Part shown: positions 27,256 to 35,848 of the stretch, piece by piece | How positions within the stretch are numbered: position 1 is the stretch's first letter | How the letters are laid out: each line of letters starts with the position of its first letter | Assembly: GCA_038064875.1 (NCBI GenBank) | Contig: JBBTSC010000001.1 | Location: 123,004 to 187,003 of the forward strand | Source: Patescibacteria group bacterium | GTDB lineage: Bacteria; Patescibacteriota; Saccharimonadia; Saccharimonadales; 2-12-FULL-41-12 | DNA: 64,000 bases | Reading direction: 5' to 3' | Notes under the pieces: model-generated | The model's input: only the letters and a program-made list of their open reading frames with translations | Databases searched by the model: none | Told to the model about the DNA's origin: nothing | Position numbers and translations under genes: made by a program

Positions 27256-28343
27256 CTGGAATAATACTGTATTTCTTCGCGGGCAGTATCCCAAAGTTCT
27301 GGATGTCCGTTGACTTTTTGCCAATACCACCACTCAAAGCCCCAGAGATCAATATCTCGCATCCCAGTATCTACGCCGTATTTGATACGTTTGCTCAAAA
27401 TATCTGCGTTCATGGTTTTGTTTTGTTCAGGGATATCTTCTACTCGGTTCATTTTGAATCCGCCCTTCTCTGGTAGCCAGGCTTCTGTTTGGAGCTCGTG
27501 AATGATCATTGTTTTGCCGTGTATCAACTCTTGAACACCGGCAAGCGAGGAATAAAACCAAGGCGGATATGGATATTCGACGTAGCGTTTAGTCAGGGAT
27601 TTGTCCCAAACTCTTTTGTAGACTGACATCGCATACTCATCAGGTTTTGGATCTCCGATAGGGTATCCTCCCCAGTTATTGCTTCTGCTGACAATCAATT
27701 TAGTGTCTGGATCTAACTTTTTAACAAAGTTGTATTCATTCACAAGGCGCTCTCTGCTAAAATCTGGGCATTCACCGAAAACGCTCAAGAAATATTCATT
27801 TTCTAACTGGTAGCTATCTAGCGCTGGACTAGACTTGTAGCGTTTCACTACTGCCTCCATAAAGTTCATGAGCTGTGGTTCCCAATTCTCTTTAGGTGTG
27901 TCTATCGCCCATTTTGGCATGTGGCACTCTGGCCAGCGAGGTTGACGTAGGCCTATCGCAAGGCTTACTTTTGATCCAGATTCCTCGGCTTTTTTAAATT
28001 GCCAGTCGAGCTCACTGAAGTTGTAAGTTCCTTGTATTTTTTCAATGTCTTTCCAATAACTAACGAGTCTGAACCTCTTGATTCCGAGATCATTTATAGC
28101 TTCGTCCATGACTTCCTTAGGATCCAGGCCATAGTATCTGGCGTAATTTGGCACAAAAGTCACCCCAATATTAAGCGGATCGTTACGGTGTTTGTGTATA
28201 TAGTATTGCCCTGTTGTGAATGAAAAGACAGCAAATAAGATCAGAAAAGCCAACACTATATCTAGCACTTTGTGGGCGTGATTAAATTTCCACCAATGTT
28301 TGCCGGCACGCCTTGTAAGTTGCTTTAAGTTCCTTTTGTTCAT
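27252..28343 (-). CDS. membrane-anchored glycoside hydrolase, clan GH-A (GH5/GH42-like TIM barrel)
   Basis: N-terminal TM. YQLENEYF (acid/base NE) and IIHELQTEAW (nucleophile E) patterns. Confidence 0.6.
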   Translation of the reverse strand: MNKRNLKQLTRRAGKHWWKFNHAHKVLDIVLAFLILFAVFSFTTGQYYIHKHRNDPLNIGVTFVPNYARYYGLDPKEVMDEAINDLGIKRFRLVSYWKDIEKIQGTYNFSELDWQFKKAEESGSKVSLAIGLRQPRWPECHMPKWAIDTPKENWEPQLMNFMEAVVKRYKSSPALDSYQLENEYFLSVFGECPDFSRERLVNEYNFVKKLDPDTKLIVSRSNNWGGYPIGDPKPDEYAMSVYKRVWDKSLTKRYVEYPYPPWFYSSLAGVQELIHGKTMIIHELQTEAWLPEKGGFKMNRVEDIPEQNKTMNADILSKRIKYGVDTGMRDIDLWGFEWWYWQKVNGHPELWDTAREEIQYYSR

Positions 28344-28359
28344 GTATAATATAGCTCCG

Positions 28360-29214
28360 ATGAATCATACCAAAAAAGCATTAACGTTATCAATAGTTAT
28401 ACCGTGCTACAACGAAGAAAAATACATCGGTTCTTGCCTAGATTCGATTGCTGATCAACAGACTCCACCAGATGAAGTCATAGTGGTTGATAACAACTGT
28501 ACTGACAATACTATCGAAATTGCTCACAAGTATAGTTTTGTAAAAGTTATAAAAGAATCAAAGCAAGGGCCTCTGCATGCTCGAAATGCAGGCTTTATGG
28601 CTGTATCGTCTGACCTTATTGGTAGGATTGATGCAGATACTACAATAAGCAATAACTGGGTTGGGTACGCAAAAGATCGTTTTATTGAAGATCCAGAGCT
28701 TATTGGACTCACAGGGACTGCTCTAGCTCAAACAAATGCATTTTTCAAAAAATCCCCCTACTCGACCTTTTTTCCGAGTAATTTTTTGCGTTATAACAGA
28801 TGTCTTTATCGTGCAAACACCTTTTGGGGGGCTAATCAAGTCTGTCGAAAGAGCGATTTCCTAAACGTTATCGATGCTCTTGCCAAAGATGATCTTAACT
28901 ATCATGAAGACATAGATCTAAGCTTGGCTCTCATCTCCCAGGGGGCAAAGATAAAGTATGATTCAAAACTACTTGTTACTGTGGATGGTATGAGGATGAT
29001 GTCATTTAAGAAAAACTGGGAATATTTTCTAAAAGCACTCAGAACTAGGAAAAGACACAAGGCCCTTTATCGTTCAGGGTCAGAGCTTTTATTCCCTGTA
29101 TTTACCCCGCTGTTCTCAGTGTTTTTGTTCATCTTCCCTGGGAGCTTCTACTTCTTAAATGTTTTGATTTCACCATCATCTACAGAAATTGACAAAAACA
29201 CAAAAAACAGCTAA
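28360..29214 (+). CDS. family 2 glycosyltransferase
   Basis: LSIVIPCYNEEKYI and VIVVDNNCTDNT motifs. Start ATG 28360 lies 9 nt after TATAAT. Confidence 0.8.
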   Translation: MNHTKKALTLSIVIPCYNEEKYIGSCLDSIADQQTPPDEVIVVDNNCTDNTIEIAHKYSFVKVIKESKQGPLHARNAGFMAVSSDLIGRIDADTTISNNWVGYAKDRFIEDPELIGLTGTALAQTNAFFKKSPYSTFFPSNFLRYNRCLYRANTFWGANQVCRKSDFLNVIDALAKDDLNYHEDIDLSLALISQGAKIKYDSKLLVTVDGMRMMSFKKNWEYFLKALRTRKRHKALYRSGSELLFPVFTPLFSVFLFIFPGSFYFLNVLISPSSTEIDKNTKNS

Positions 29215-29230
29215 TATATTATCAATATTT

Positions 29231-30226
29231 ATGAGTGCAGAGCGTACGAACCCTCGGTTAGAAAACTATTTTGAGCGAACAGGCGAAATGTCATATGGTC
29301 AGTGGAATAATGAGTATGCTCCAAACTTCGTCTTTGGGCACAGGTTCATGGAGGATGGCTTCGGTATCAGTATTGACCAATACACCCCAATGGGTTATTC
29401 CGGGTCGCATGGTGCTGAAGAACAAGGACTTAATCCCATAGTTCACCTACTGCCTCACACGCAGACAAGCACGCCACACATGCAGATTCGCTCTGCTATT
29501 TTAGGTGAGACGCAGGCCAATGGACCACGCAAAGTACTCACAGTGCCTAATAATAATTTTGGCGCTCGGGGTCATCTAAAAGCAAAATTCGAAAATGGTG
29601 ACTTTAGTCCGTACGGCGAGCTTGTTGCCATAGCGCTCGAGCATTACGGCATTAAAAAGGTAGATGTTGTGGGCTATTCACTCGGTGCATCTACAGGTGC
29701 GTCTGTTATTGAAAGATCTCTTGGAGAACATAGTACTTTCGAGGTTGGACATGCCTGGCTTGGTGATCCGCCGAACACAGTTGAAAGAACATCGAAACAA
29801 TTGCAAAAAGATTTTAAGGGCGAAGGTTGGTCAGAAATTGATACATTCCTTCGTACTGTAGCAGAATCCGAATATCAACCATACATTGACGCTATAGGAA
29901 GTAAGGGTGTGTTCCTTATAGATTTGTTAGAATTTGCGGTAGGTTCTCAATACCCTTGCAATAGAGCTCTTCAAAAGGGTATGGCTACTGACTCATTTAT
30001 GGGGACTATGCAGAGAATCTCGGATAGGCACTGGAGTGATTTGTATGTGACTCTTGCCCGGGCTGAAAATAGTCGTATTACGCTTGTAGAGCCTCTTAAC
30101 AAAATTATGACAATGAGGCATAACCCCACTTTATTCACAGAGACAATTAAAGGTGGTGGTCACGAACGAGGCGATCAAGTTCGGCAAATTGCTGGCCATG
30201 TAGCTACTGCTTTATCTGTCAGGTAG
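29231..30226 (+). CDS. alpha/beta-hydrolase-fold protein
   Basis: Nucleophile elbow VVGYSLGAS and C-terminal GGGHE. Start ATG 29231 lies 8 nt after TATTAT. Confidence 0.55.
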   Translation: MSAERTNPRLENYFERTGEMSYGQWNNEYAPNFVFGHRFMEDGFGISIDQYTPMGYSGSHGAEEQGLNPIVHLLPHTQTSTPHMQIRSAILGETQANGPRKVLTVPNNNFGARGHLKAKFENGDFSPYGELVAIALEHYGIKKVDVVGYSLGASTGASVIERSLGEHSTFEVGHAWLGDPPNTVERTSKQLQKDFKGEGWSEIDTFLRTVAESEYQPYIDAIGSKGVFLIDLLEFAVGSQYPCNRALQKGMATDSFMGTMQRISDRHWSDLYVTLARAENSRITLVEPLNKIMTMRHNPTLFTETIKGGGHERGDQVRQIAGHVATALSVR

Positions 30227-30227
30227 T

Positions 30228-30755
30228 CTACTGAGGACAGCTGGCCCACAATCCTTTGTTCTGCTCCCTCGCCTGTTTTTCTAAATTTACAAACTGATCT
30301 GTTTTTGTAAATGGAAAAGCTGTGAGCGCAAATCCATAGCCTTCCTCAACAAGCTTTGCATTGTAGAGTGTGCCGTCTTCTAAGTAGACATATCGTAGTA
30401 GTCGATCATATCTATCGCGGTTTTGGTTGATGGGATCAGCTTCAAGTCTGACTTTTCTGCCATCGAGCTGTGTATGAGTGTAGTCACTGGCAGCCTGACC
30501 AAAACATTCAACAGGCTTTCTAGGATCATGGGTCTCTGGGGTATTGACCCCTATCATGCGAATCTTTTCTAGGTTGCCGAGCATATCTACTTCTATGGTG
30601 TCACCGTCGTAGACTTTGACAACTTTGTAATATCCGGTATCTTTTATTAGCGCCGAAGAATTGATTTTTACATTGCCTATATTAGGGTTCACCCCAAAAT
30701 ATATAACTACTATTAATAAGATAGCCTGCAATATCTTAGTCAGCTTTTTGCTCAT
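30228..30755 (-). CDS. membrane-anchored thermonuclease (staphylococcal nuclease homologue)
   Basis: YDGDTIEV, IRMIGVNTPE and DRYDRLLRYVY motifs with an N-terminal TM. ATG 30755 preferred over 30782. Confidence 0.8.
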   Translation of the reverse strand: MSKKLTKILQAILLIVVIYFGVNPNIGNVKINSSALIKDTGYYKVVKVYDGDTIEVDMLGNLEKIRMIGVNTPETHDPRKPVECFGQAASDYTHTQLDGRKVRLEADPINQNRDRYDRLLRYVYLEDGTLYNAKLVEEGYGFALTAFPFTKTDQFVNLEKQAREQNKGLWASCPQ

Positions 30756-30790
30756 GCTATAACTATACCAGCTCAAAGACAATAAAATGC

Positions 30791-30819
30791 TTGCATATTA
30801 TTGATAAATATAGTATAAT
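30791..30819 (+). promoter_or_regulatory. promoter TTGCAT-17-TATAAT, 7 nt upstream of ATG 30827 (leaderless)
   Basis: Hexamers at 30791-96 and 30814-19. No SD in the 7-nt gap. Confidence 0.6.
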
Positions 30820-30826
30820 ATAACCA

Positions 30827-31534
30827 ATGAATTCAATTGAATTTGAAGCAAGACCAGTATTAAAGCAGGATCAAAATGCTGACCCGATACATACATTTAT
30901 TGGTTTGATACCAGAAATGATTGACCAAGCACGTACTAGCGCTGAGCAAAACGCTATTTCTCACCGTGACTTCCACGTTGGGGCTACTGCTTTTTTTGTA
31001 GATTCAGCGGGCCAAGGTTTTACCTATGACTCAGCAAATTATAAGATTGAGCCAGATTCACCAAAAGTTTGCGCCGAAATGGATATATTATTCAAGCTCG
31101 ACCAAGGATATGATGAAAATAAAATTGTCGGGTTTGTCATAGCAGGCACGTCAGATGTTGGTGAGATTGAAGACGTGAACGGTCATAAGACAGATACACT
31201 TCACCCTTGTGCAGATTGTATTAAAGCGCTTGATGCAAGCCACGCTGTTGATGACGATACGCTTTTCGTAACAGTTGGTCTGGATAAAGATGTGGTGCAA
31301 GTGCAGACATTTGGTGAGATGAAGCTATCTTACGCTAGTTTAGACCCAGCAAAGGTTCCAGCTCAGATCTTTGAGGATCTTGATTGGTTCGAAAGACAAG
31401 ATATATATGATCAGATGACCCAAGGCCTTGTTCATTTGGAGCAAAGTGACCCAAGACGTATTGTTATGGCACGAATGGCGCTCGCCGGTAATCATCCAGC
31501 TGAGCTGTCCATAGACTTACCTGCTTCAAAGTAG
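30827..31534 (+). CDS. cytidine/deoxycytidine deaminase-fold protein with ~60-aa C-terminal extension
   Basis: FHVGATAF, zinc motifs VCAEMD and HPCADC. Confidence 0.65.
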   Translation: MNSIEFEARPVLKQDQNADPIHTFIGLIPEMIDQARTSAEQNAISHRDFHVGATAFFVDSAGQGFTYDSANYKIEPDSPKVCAEMDILFKLDQGYDENKIVGFVIAGTSDVGEIEDVNGHKTDTLHPCADCIKALDASHAVDDDTLFVTVGLDKDVVQVQTFGEMKLSYASLDPAKVPAQIFEDLDWFERQDIYDQMTQGLVHLEQSDPRRIVMARMALAGNHPAELSIDLPASK

Positions 31535-32335
31535 GCTGGCAACTTTGTCACGTATTTGATCCAGAGTAACGTCAGTCGTTGGATGGGTGTAGCCATTATG
31601 TTCATGGAAAACTTCTGCCGTAAAGACAAGAGGACGTTCATATAGGTCAAAAGCAAATTCTGTTAATCTTCCTGGCTGTACAAATTTAACGGCTTGTTTT
31701 TCGACAACAAGCAAAGTTGTGTTATCTATACCGGTTTTTTTAGCTTTAACTACATCACAATCTGGATCTATAACTGCCTTTACTACCGTACCAGCAGGAT
31801 ACTCTCTGCCATCTACTTTGGTCGCAGTAAGGGTCAATGATGTTTTTGCTCCAACCGATTGTTGAAATAGAATTGGCTGTCCATGTTCGTCAACAACTAT
31901 CTTTTGATAGCGAAGAGATGCATCGCCGTAGCGTGGTGGTTCTTCAATCTCCAGGCTTTTTAGAAAGTTACCTTCAGTGTCTGGACACACAGCAAGGTTC
32001 CGTGCTTTTCCGATCTGAAAGTCAGGTATATCAGCTCTTATTTCTTGACGGGGCGCTAAGGCTACAGCGAGCATTCCTCCAAGGGCAGTTCTGGTCGGAT
32101 CATCCAAAGTAATTTCAGGTGGAGTGCCTCCATAATACTCTGGGTCTGCGCTTGATTGAGCTACTAGGGTAAAAGCGTTGAGCATGTTGCTCCCGTATTT
32201 GAAATGGTTTATTGGTAAAAAATTTGGGGTATGCCCCTCAAGACAGCTGATAATATCAAGTTCATCCGTTGTTGTCGCAACAGCCTCAGCAATTAATCTT
32301 GTATCATGTGCTAACATCTCCGCACTCATTTGCAA
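31526..32335 (-). CDS. hypothetical protein (269 aa, no recognised domain)
   Basis: Long ORF starting 27 nt downstream of the tandem-LuxR gene. Its 3' end overlaps the convergent deaminase gene by 9 nt. Confidence 0.55.
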   Translation of the reverse strand: MQMSAEMLAHDTRLIAEAVATTTDELDIISCLEGHTPNFLPINHFKYGSNMLNAFTLVAQSSADPEYYGGTPPEITLDDPTRTALGGMLAVALAPRQEIRADIPDFQIGKARNLAVCPDTEGNFLKSLEIEEPPRYGDASLRYQKIVVDEHGQPILFQQSVGAKTSLTLTATKVDGREYPAGTVVKAVIDPDCDVVKAKKTGIDNTTLLVVEKQAVKFVQPGRLTEFAFDLYERPLVFTAEVFHEHNGYTHPTTDVTLDQIRDKVASLL

Positions 32336-32362
32336 TATTATATAACAAACTATACAAGATTG

Positions 32363-33367
32363 CTAGTATTCAACATCAGGTTTCGTTTTCCACCTAAGAG
32401 GTATATCTATATTAATACCATTGAGATGTGCAGCTAAAAGGCATCGTATTTTACCTTTATTAACAACTCCAAGTTTTTGATAGATATGATTAATATGAGT
32501 TTTCACGGTAGAAAGAGATAGGCCCAAGCCCTCGACCATATCTTGATTACTCATGTTGTTAGCTAGATAACTGAATACATCTTGTTCTCGTGGTGAGAGA
32601 TCTTTTTTTCTGCCCTCTCTATATTCCCGTATTTCACTTTGGGTGATAGTTGAAAGTCCGCTCCCTATCGACAGCAAAATAAGGTCTCTAACGTTGGGGC
32701 TAATTTTCTTATAGATGTTGGTATAGTGAGTTCTGACAGTTACTTCAGCTATAGAAAATTTTTCTGCAATTTGCTGTGTTGGGAGGTGTATATTAGCCAG
32801 TACCTCTGTTTCGAACTCTGTAAGTTCAGAGAGTTTTTCAATATAAGCAGGATATGTAGACCTTCCTTCAGTGGCTGCTAGTAATAAATCTTTTTGTGGG
32901 TCAAAAGCAATGCTTGATTTTAGTCTACCTCTAGAGGCTATCTCACCCACTATTCTGGTCATAACACTGAATTTGTCTAACTCAGGATCTACTTTGTCAT
33001 CATAGGCAAAATCAACCATGGCTACTCGACGGAGCTGTGTGGGTGATAAATCGCCTCTTGGCATAATAAGCCTTAAAGAATCCTGACCAGCCAGGAGCTG
33101 TATCCCCTCTACCTTGCAGATACCATTGGCAAGAACTAGCAATGAGCCGTCTGCTTGCTGTACGCCGGATTCTTTATTAAACACGGGATGTCTTCTGCTT
33201 TGACCCATATCCCAGCCTTCCAATGTTCTCAGGAGAAAGTTGACATCACCAGGCTCTGCAACTTCTCTATGTAAGGCTGACATCCAATTGACCACCTGTT
33301 CTTGAGGGGCAACAGGTACGACTGGCACCGGAGTTGGGTCTTCTTCGTAAGTTCTTGGTCTAGGCAA
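32363..33367 (-). CDS. transcription regulator with two tandem LuxR/GerE-type HTH domains and an unassigned N-terminal region
   Basis: LTEFETEVLANIHLPTQQIAEKFSIAEVTVRTHYTNIYKKI and LSPREQDVFSYLANNMSNQDMVEGLGLSLSTVKTHINHIYQKLG. TTG start is uncertain. Confidence 0.7.
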   Translation of the reverse strand: MPRPRTYEEDPTPVPVVPVAPQEQVVNWMSALHREVAEPGDVNFLLRTLEGWDMGQSRRHPVFNKESGVQQADGSLLVLANGICKVEGIQLLAGQDSLRLIMPRGDLSPTQLRRVAMVDFAYDDKVDPELDKFSVMTRIVGEIASRGRLKSSIAFDPQKDLLLAATEGRSTYPAYIEKLSELTEFETEVLANIHLPTQQIAEKFSIAEVTVRTHYTNIYKKISPNVRDLILLSIGSGLSTITQSEIREYREGRKKDLSPREQDVFSYLANNMSNQDMVEGLGLSLSTVKTHINHIYQKLGVVNKGKIRCLLAAHLNGINIDIPLRWKTKPDVEY

Positions 33368-33451
33368 AATAGTAACTCTTTCTGGGGATTATCAACATTT
33401 ACCCCACCAGGTAAAATTTGAGTATATTATAACATGAAATGTCAGATTATG

Positions 33452-34021
33452 TTAGTAGTCAATGCCAGGGTTAGCCAGGTACTTTTCGTCAAAGTGATGT
33501 TTGATTTTAGTCATGTTAGTCGCAATATCCACTTTATCGAGCACATCTTTTGGGAAATTTCTGCCAGTCAAACAAATACTGGTCTTCGGGTGCTTTTTTT
33601 CTATTAGATGTATCATTTTACTTTTAGGCAGTAGTCCCTCGTGTACGGCGTTGTTGATCTCGTCACAGATTACTAAATCAAATTTACCGCTAGTGGCGCA
33701 TTGCAGAGCTTCTTTGTAGGTAGCTTCGGCTGCTTGCTTGTGCTCGTCTTCTGTCACGTCTTTGGCGCTGAGGTTCCCTGCATTGTAAAAGCCTTTACCA
33801 CCCTTGTAAAAGTACAATTTTTCTTTAAAAGTAGGCTGTATCATGCCAATAAAATCGTGTTCGCCTACCTTCCAGGTTTTTATAAATTGGATAAAAGCGA
33901 CGCTCCATCCACTACCCAGAGATCTAGCCATTAACCCTATAGAAGCGCTAGTTTTGCCCTTCCCCTCGCCTGTGTAGACTAGAACAAGCGCGTCTTTCTT
34001 TTTGTACTCTTTTAAATCCAT
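33452..34021 (-). CDS. cobO: cob(I)yrinic acid a,c-diamide adenosyltransferase (CobA/CobO/BtuR family)
   Basis: VYTGEGKGKTSASIGLMARSLG P-loop, FIQFIK, VICDEINNAV. Confidence 0.75.
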   Translation of the reverse strand: MDLKEYKKKDALVLVYTGEGKGKTSASIGLMARSLGSGWSVAFIQFIKTWKVGEHDFIGMIQPTFKEKLYFYKGGKGFYNAGNLSAKDVTEDEHKQAAEATYKEALQCATSGKFDLVICDEINNAVHEGLLPKSKMIHLIEKKHPKTSICLTGRNFPKDVLDKVDIATNMTKIKHHFDEKYLANPGIDY

Positions 34022-34083
34022 ATGTAAATCCTATTTTACCATCAATAGACAAACAGATATAAAAGTGATATAATACTATAATT

Positions 34084-34383
34084 ATGACAGATGTAAAAGC
34101 AGGTGTGACAGATTACTTTAGTGGTTTTGGCCTCGAGTCCAGAGAGGCAATGGATCGATACCTAGGTACAAGTGGTGATAATCGCAGTAATAGAATTGAT
34201 CAAATTAATTGCCTAAGCGAATTCTTAATTGAATCTGTGGGCTTACTCCCAATAGAATTAAAAACTTGGTTTCAGCAACAAATGCTTTATCTAGATGGTG
34301 CAACTCCTCTTGATATTCTCTCTGAAATGGATGGTTACGAACGTGTTCTCGATGAAGCTCATAGATGGGTTTTAGAAGATTAG
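34084..34383 (+). CDS. DUF2384-like (MbcA/ParS-type antitoxin toxin-binding domain) protein
   Basis: C-terminal W..Q.ML.LDGATPLDILSEMDGYERVLDEAHRW matches the W..pn..LgG.tPldll.t..G...V pattern. TGaTATAAT lies 9 nt from the ATG. Confidence 0.55.
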   Translation: MTDVKAGVTDYFSGFGLESREAMDRYLGTSGDNRSNRIDQINCLSEFLIESVGLLPIELKTWFQQQMLYLDGATPLDILSEMDGYERVLDEAHRWVLED

Positions 34384-34401
34384 ATTAGGGCAAATATTTT
34401 A

Positions 34402-35835
34402 ATGCAAAATATTGGATTAGGACCAGAGAGATTAGAAGAGATTATCTATACTCCCCCATCCTTGCCAGTGGGTGATGATACTGTGGGGCGAGAATTTATA
34501 AATGAGTCTGATCTTAGTGCTCCATCCATAGGCCCTGGCTATGCTTTTCAAAGATTTCCAAATTTCTTTGACGAAATAAAGGGTGTTTCAGATATTATTA
34601 CTCCCGGTCAGCCATATATTTTGCTCGATGTAGGTTCCAACATCCCGTACTATGTTTGCACAAGAGAATCCTTACAATTCAAATCCTGCAGGATAAACTC
34701 AGAGAATTTATTAAATGCTTATTTACAAAATGGTGAAATATTAAAAGGGCTTCAGGCATCAGGCCAAAGTGAATTTTATAGACTTTACTCGGCCGTAAAG
34801 TCTGGCAAGGGTCAAGACGCTAATGCAACAGTTTATCATGCTATAAAAGATGCGATAGCTACAACTTTATTTAGGCTTACTCCACCGGAAGTAGAGAGTA
34901 GAGCTGAGTTTAATAAAGCTTTTCATAGAACATGTGAAGAAAAAGTAAAAATCTTTGAAAGTGACAAATCTGATGTTGGACCTGGTTCAAGCCTTGAGAA
35001 ACGTCAAGGGATAAAATATAACGTAAGAGAATTTGATGTCTCGTTGGTTGAGTTCATCGCAAGATGTCCAGTGAGGTCCGATGTAGCCGTAGAACTAGCA
35101 GGCCAGATTAAAAGTACAAAACGCAAACCTTCTCAAGAAGAGATGCTAACCCTAAAGTCTACGCAAAGTGCAGGTGAACATAGCTCAAGGATGTTGCTTG
35201 ATCAGATTGGTAAGGCGCTAGAACACATATTGTTTGACAAAGATGAGATTGGCAAAAAGAGATTGCGAGTTGCGAGGTTTATTAGTACAGATCCTATTAG
35301 AGGTGTTGATATCGCAAATGCTGCGATTGCCGATATGTCAGATGATGAAAAGCGTTGGTATACGACAAGTAGAGCAATTGGGCGACTTGTAGGAGATTCA
35401 CCATTGCATATTCACGGAAACTTGAGAAGTATACAGTTGCCCCAGCAGTCGGTTTCGGCAATAACAGCTATTGACTCTTGGCCTCACTATGGAAACGACA
35501 AAAAGATGTCTAGGCAAGCAGTTGCTCGGCAAATCACACGTATGCATGACATGTTGCAAAGAGGTGGAAGGATGTTAATCATGCCCTGGTCTTTTGACGG
35601 TAGATTACATGCCGCTGGTCAAATTCATAACCGCACAATTGATGAACCAGCCTATTCTCCTTACGAATTAGACCAGGCTTTCGCAAAAGGAAGACGCGCA
35701 GAAGAAGATATAGAAAGAGCAGAAAAAATCGGCCACGAAGGCTCTATTATCGTTGCAGGTTTCTCAAAACAAAGACCTCGAAAAGAGTCTAAATATTCAA
35801 TAGACCCTAGTATCTCCAAGCGAGGGATTATCTGA
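34402..35835 (+). CDS. hypothetical 477-aa protein; weak split SAM-methyltransferase-like motifs
   Basis: Starts 18 nt after the DUF2384 gene. YILLDVGSNIPYY (motif I-like) and AITAIDSWPHY...ITRMHDMLQRGGRMLIMPW (motif post-III-like) are separated by ~290 aa. Confidence 0.5.
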   Translation: MQNIGLGPERLEEIIYTPPSLPVGDDTVGREFINESDLSAPSIGPGYAFQRFPNFFDEIKGVSDIITPGQPYILLDVGSNIPYYVCTRESLQFKSCRINSENLLNAYLQNGEILKGLQASGQSEFYRLYSAVKSGKGQDANATVYHAIKDAIATTLFRLTPPEVESRAEFNKAFHRTCEEKVKIFESDKSDVGPGSSLEKRQGIKYNVREFDVSLVEFIARCPVRSDVAVELAGQIKSTKRKPSQEEMLTLKSTQSAGEHSSRMLLDQIGKALEHILFDKDEIGKKRLRVARFISTDPIRGVDIANAAIADMSDDEKRWYTTSRAIGRLVGDSPLHIHGNLRSIQLPQQSVSAITAIDSWPHYGNDKKMSRQAVARQITRMHDMLQRGGRMLIMPWSFDGRLHAAGQIHNRTIDEPAYSPYELDQAFAKGRRAEEDIERAEKIGHEGSIIVAGFSKQRPRKESKYSIDPSISKRGII

Positions 35836-35848
35836 GATACTCTACAGC

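Noticed and set aside
27177-27476. 99-aa plus-strand ORF starting inside the palindrome loop
   Set aside because: It continues antisense through the 3' end of the glycoside hydrolase gene and has no recognisable domain. The ATG is a by-product of the palindrome.
34402-35835. RES-domain or ParT-like ADP-ribosyltransferase toxin downstream of the DUF2384 gene
   Set aside because: No R...E...S or R-S-E type signature could be found by eye, and the protein is 2-3 times too long. It is kept as an unknown partner rather than called a toxin.
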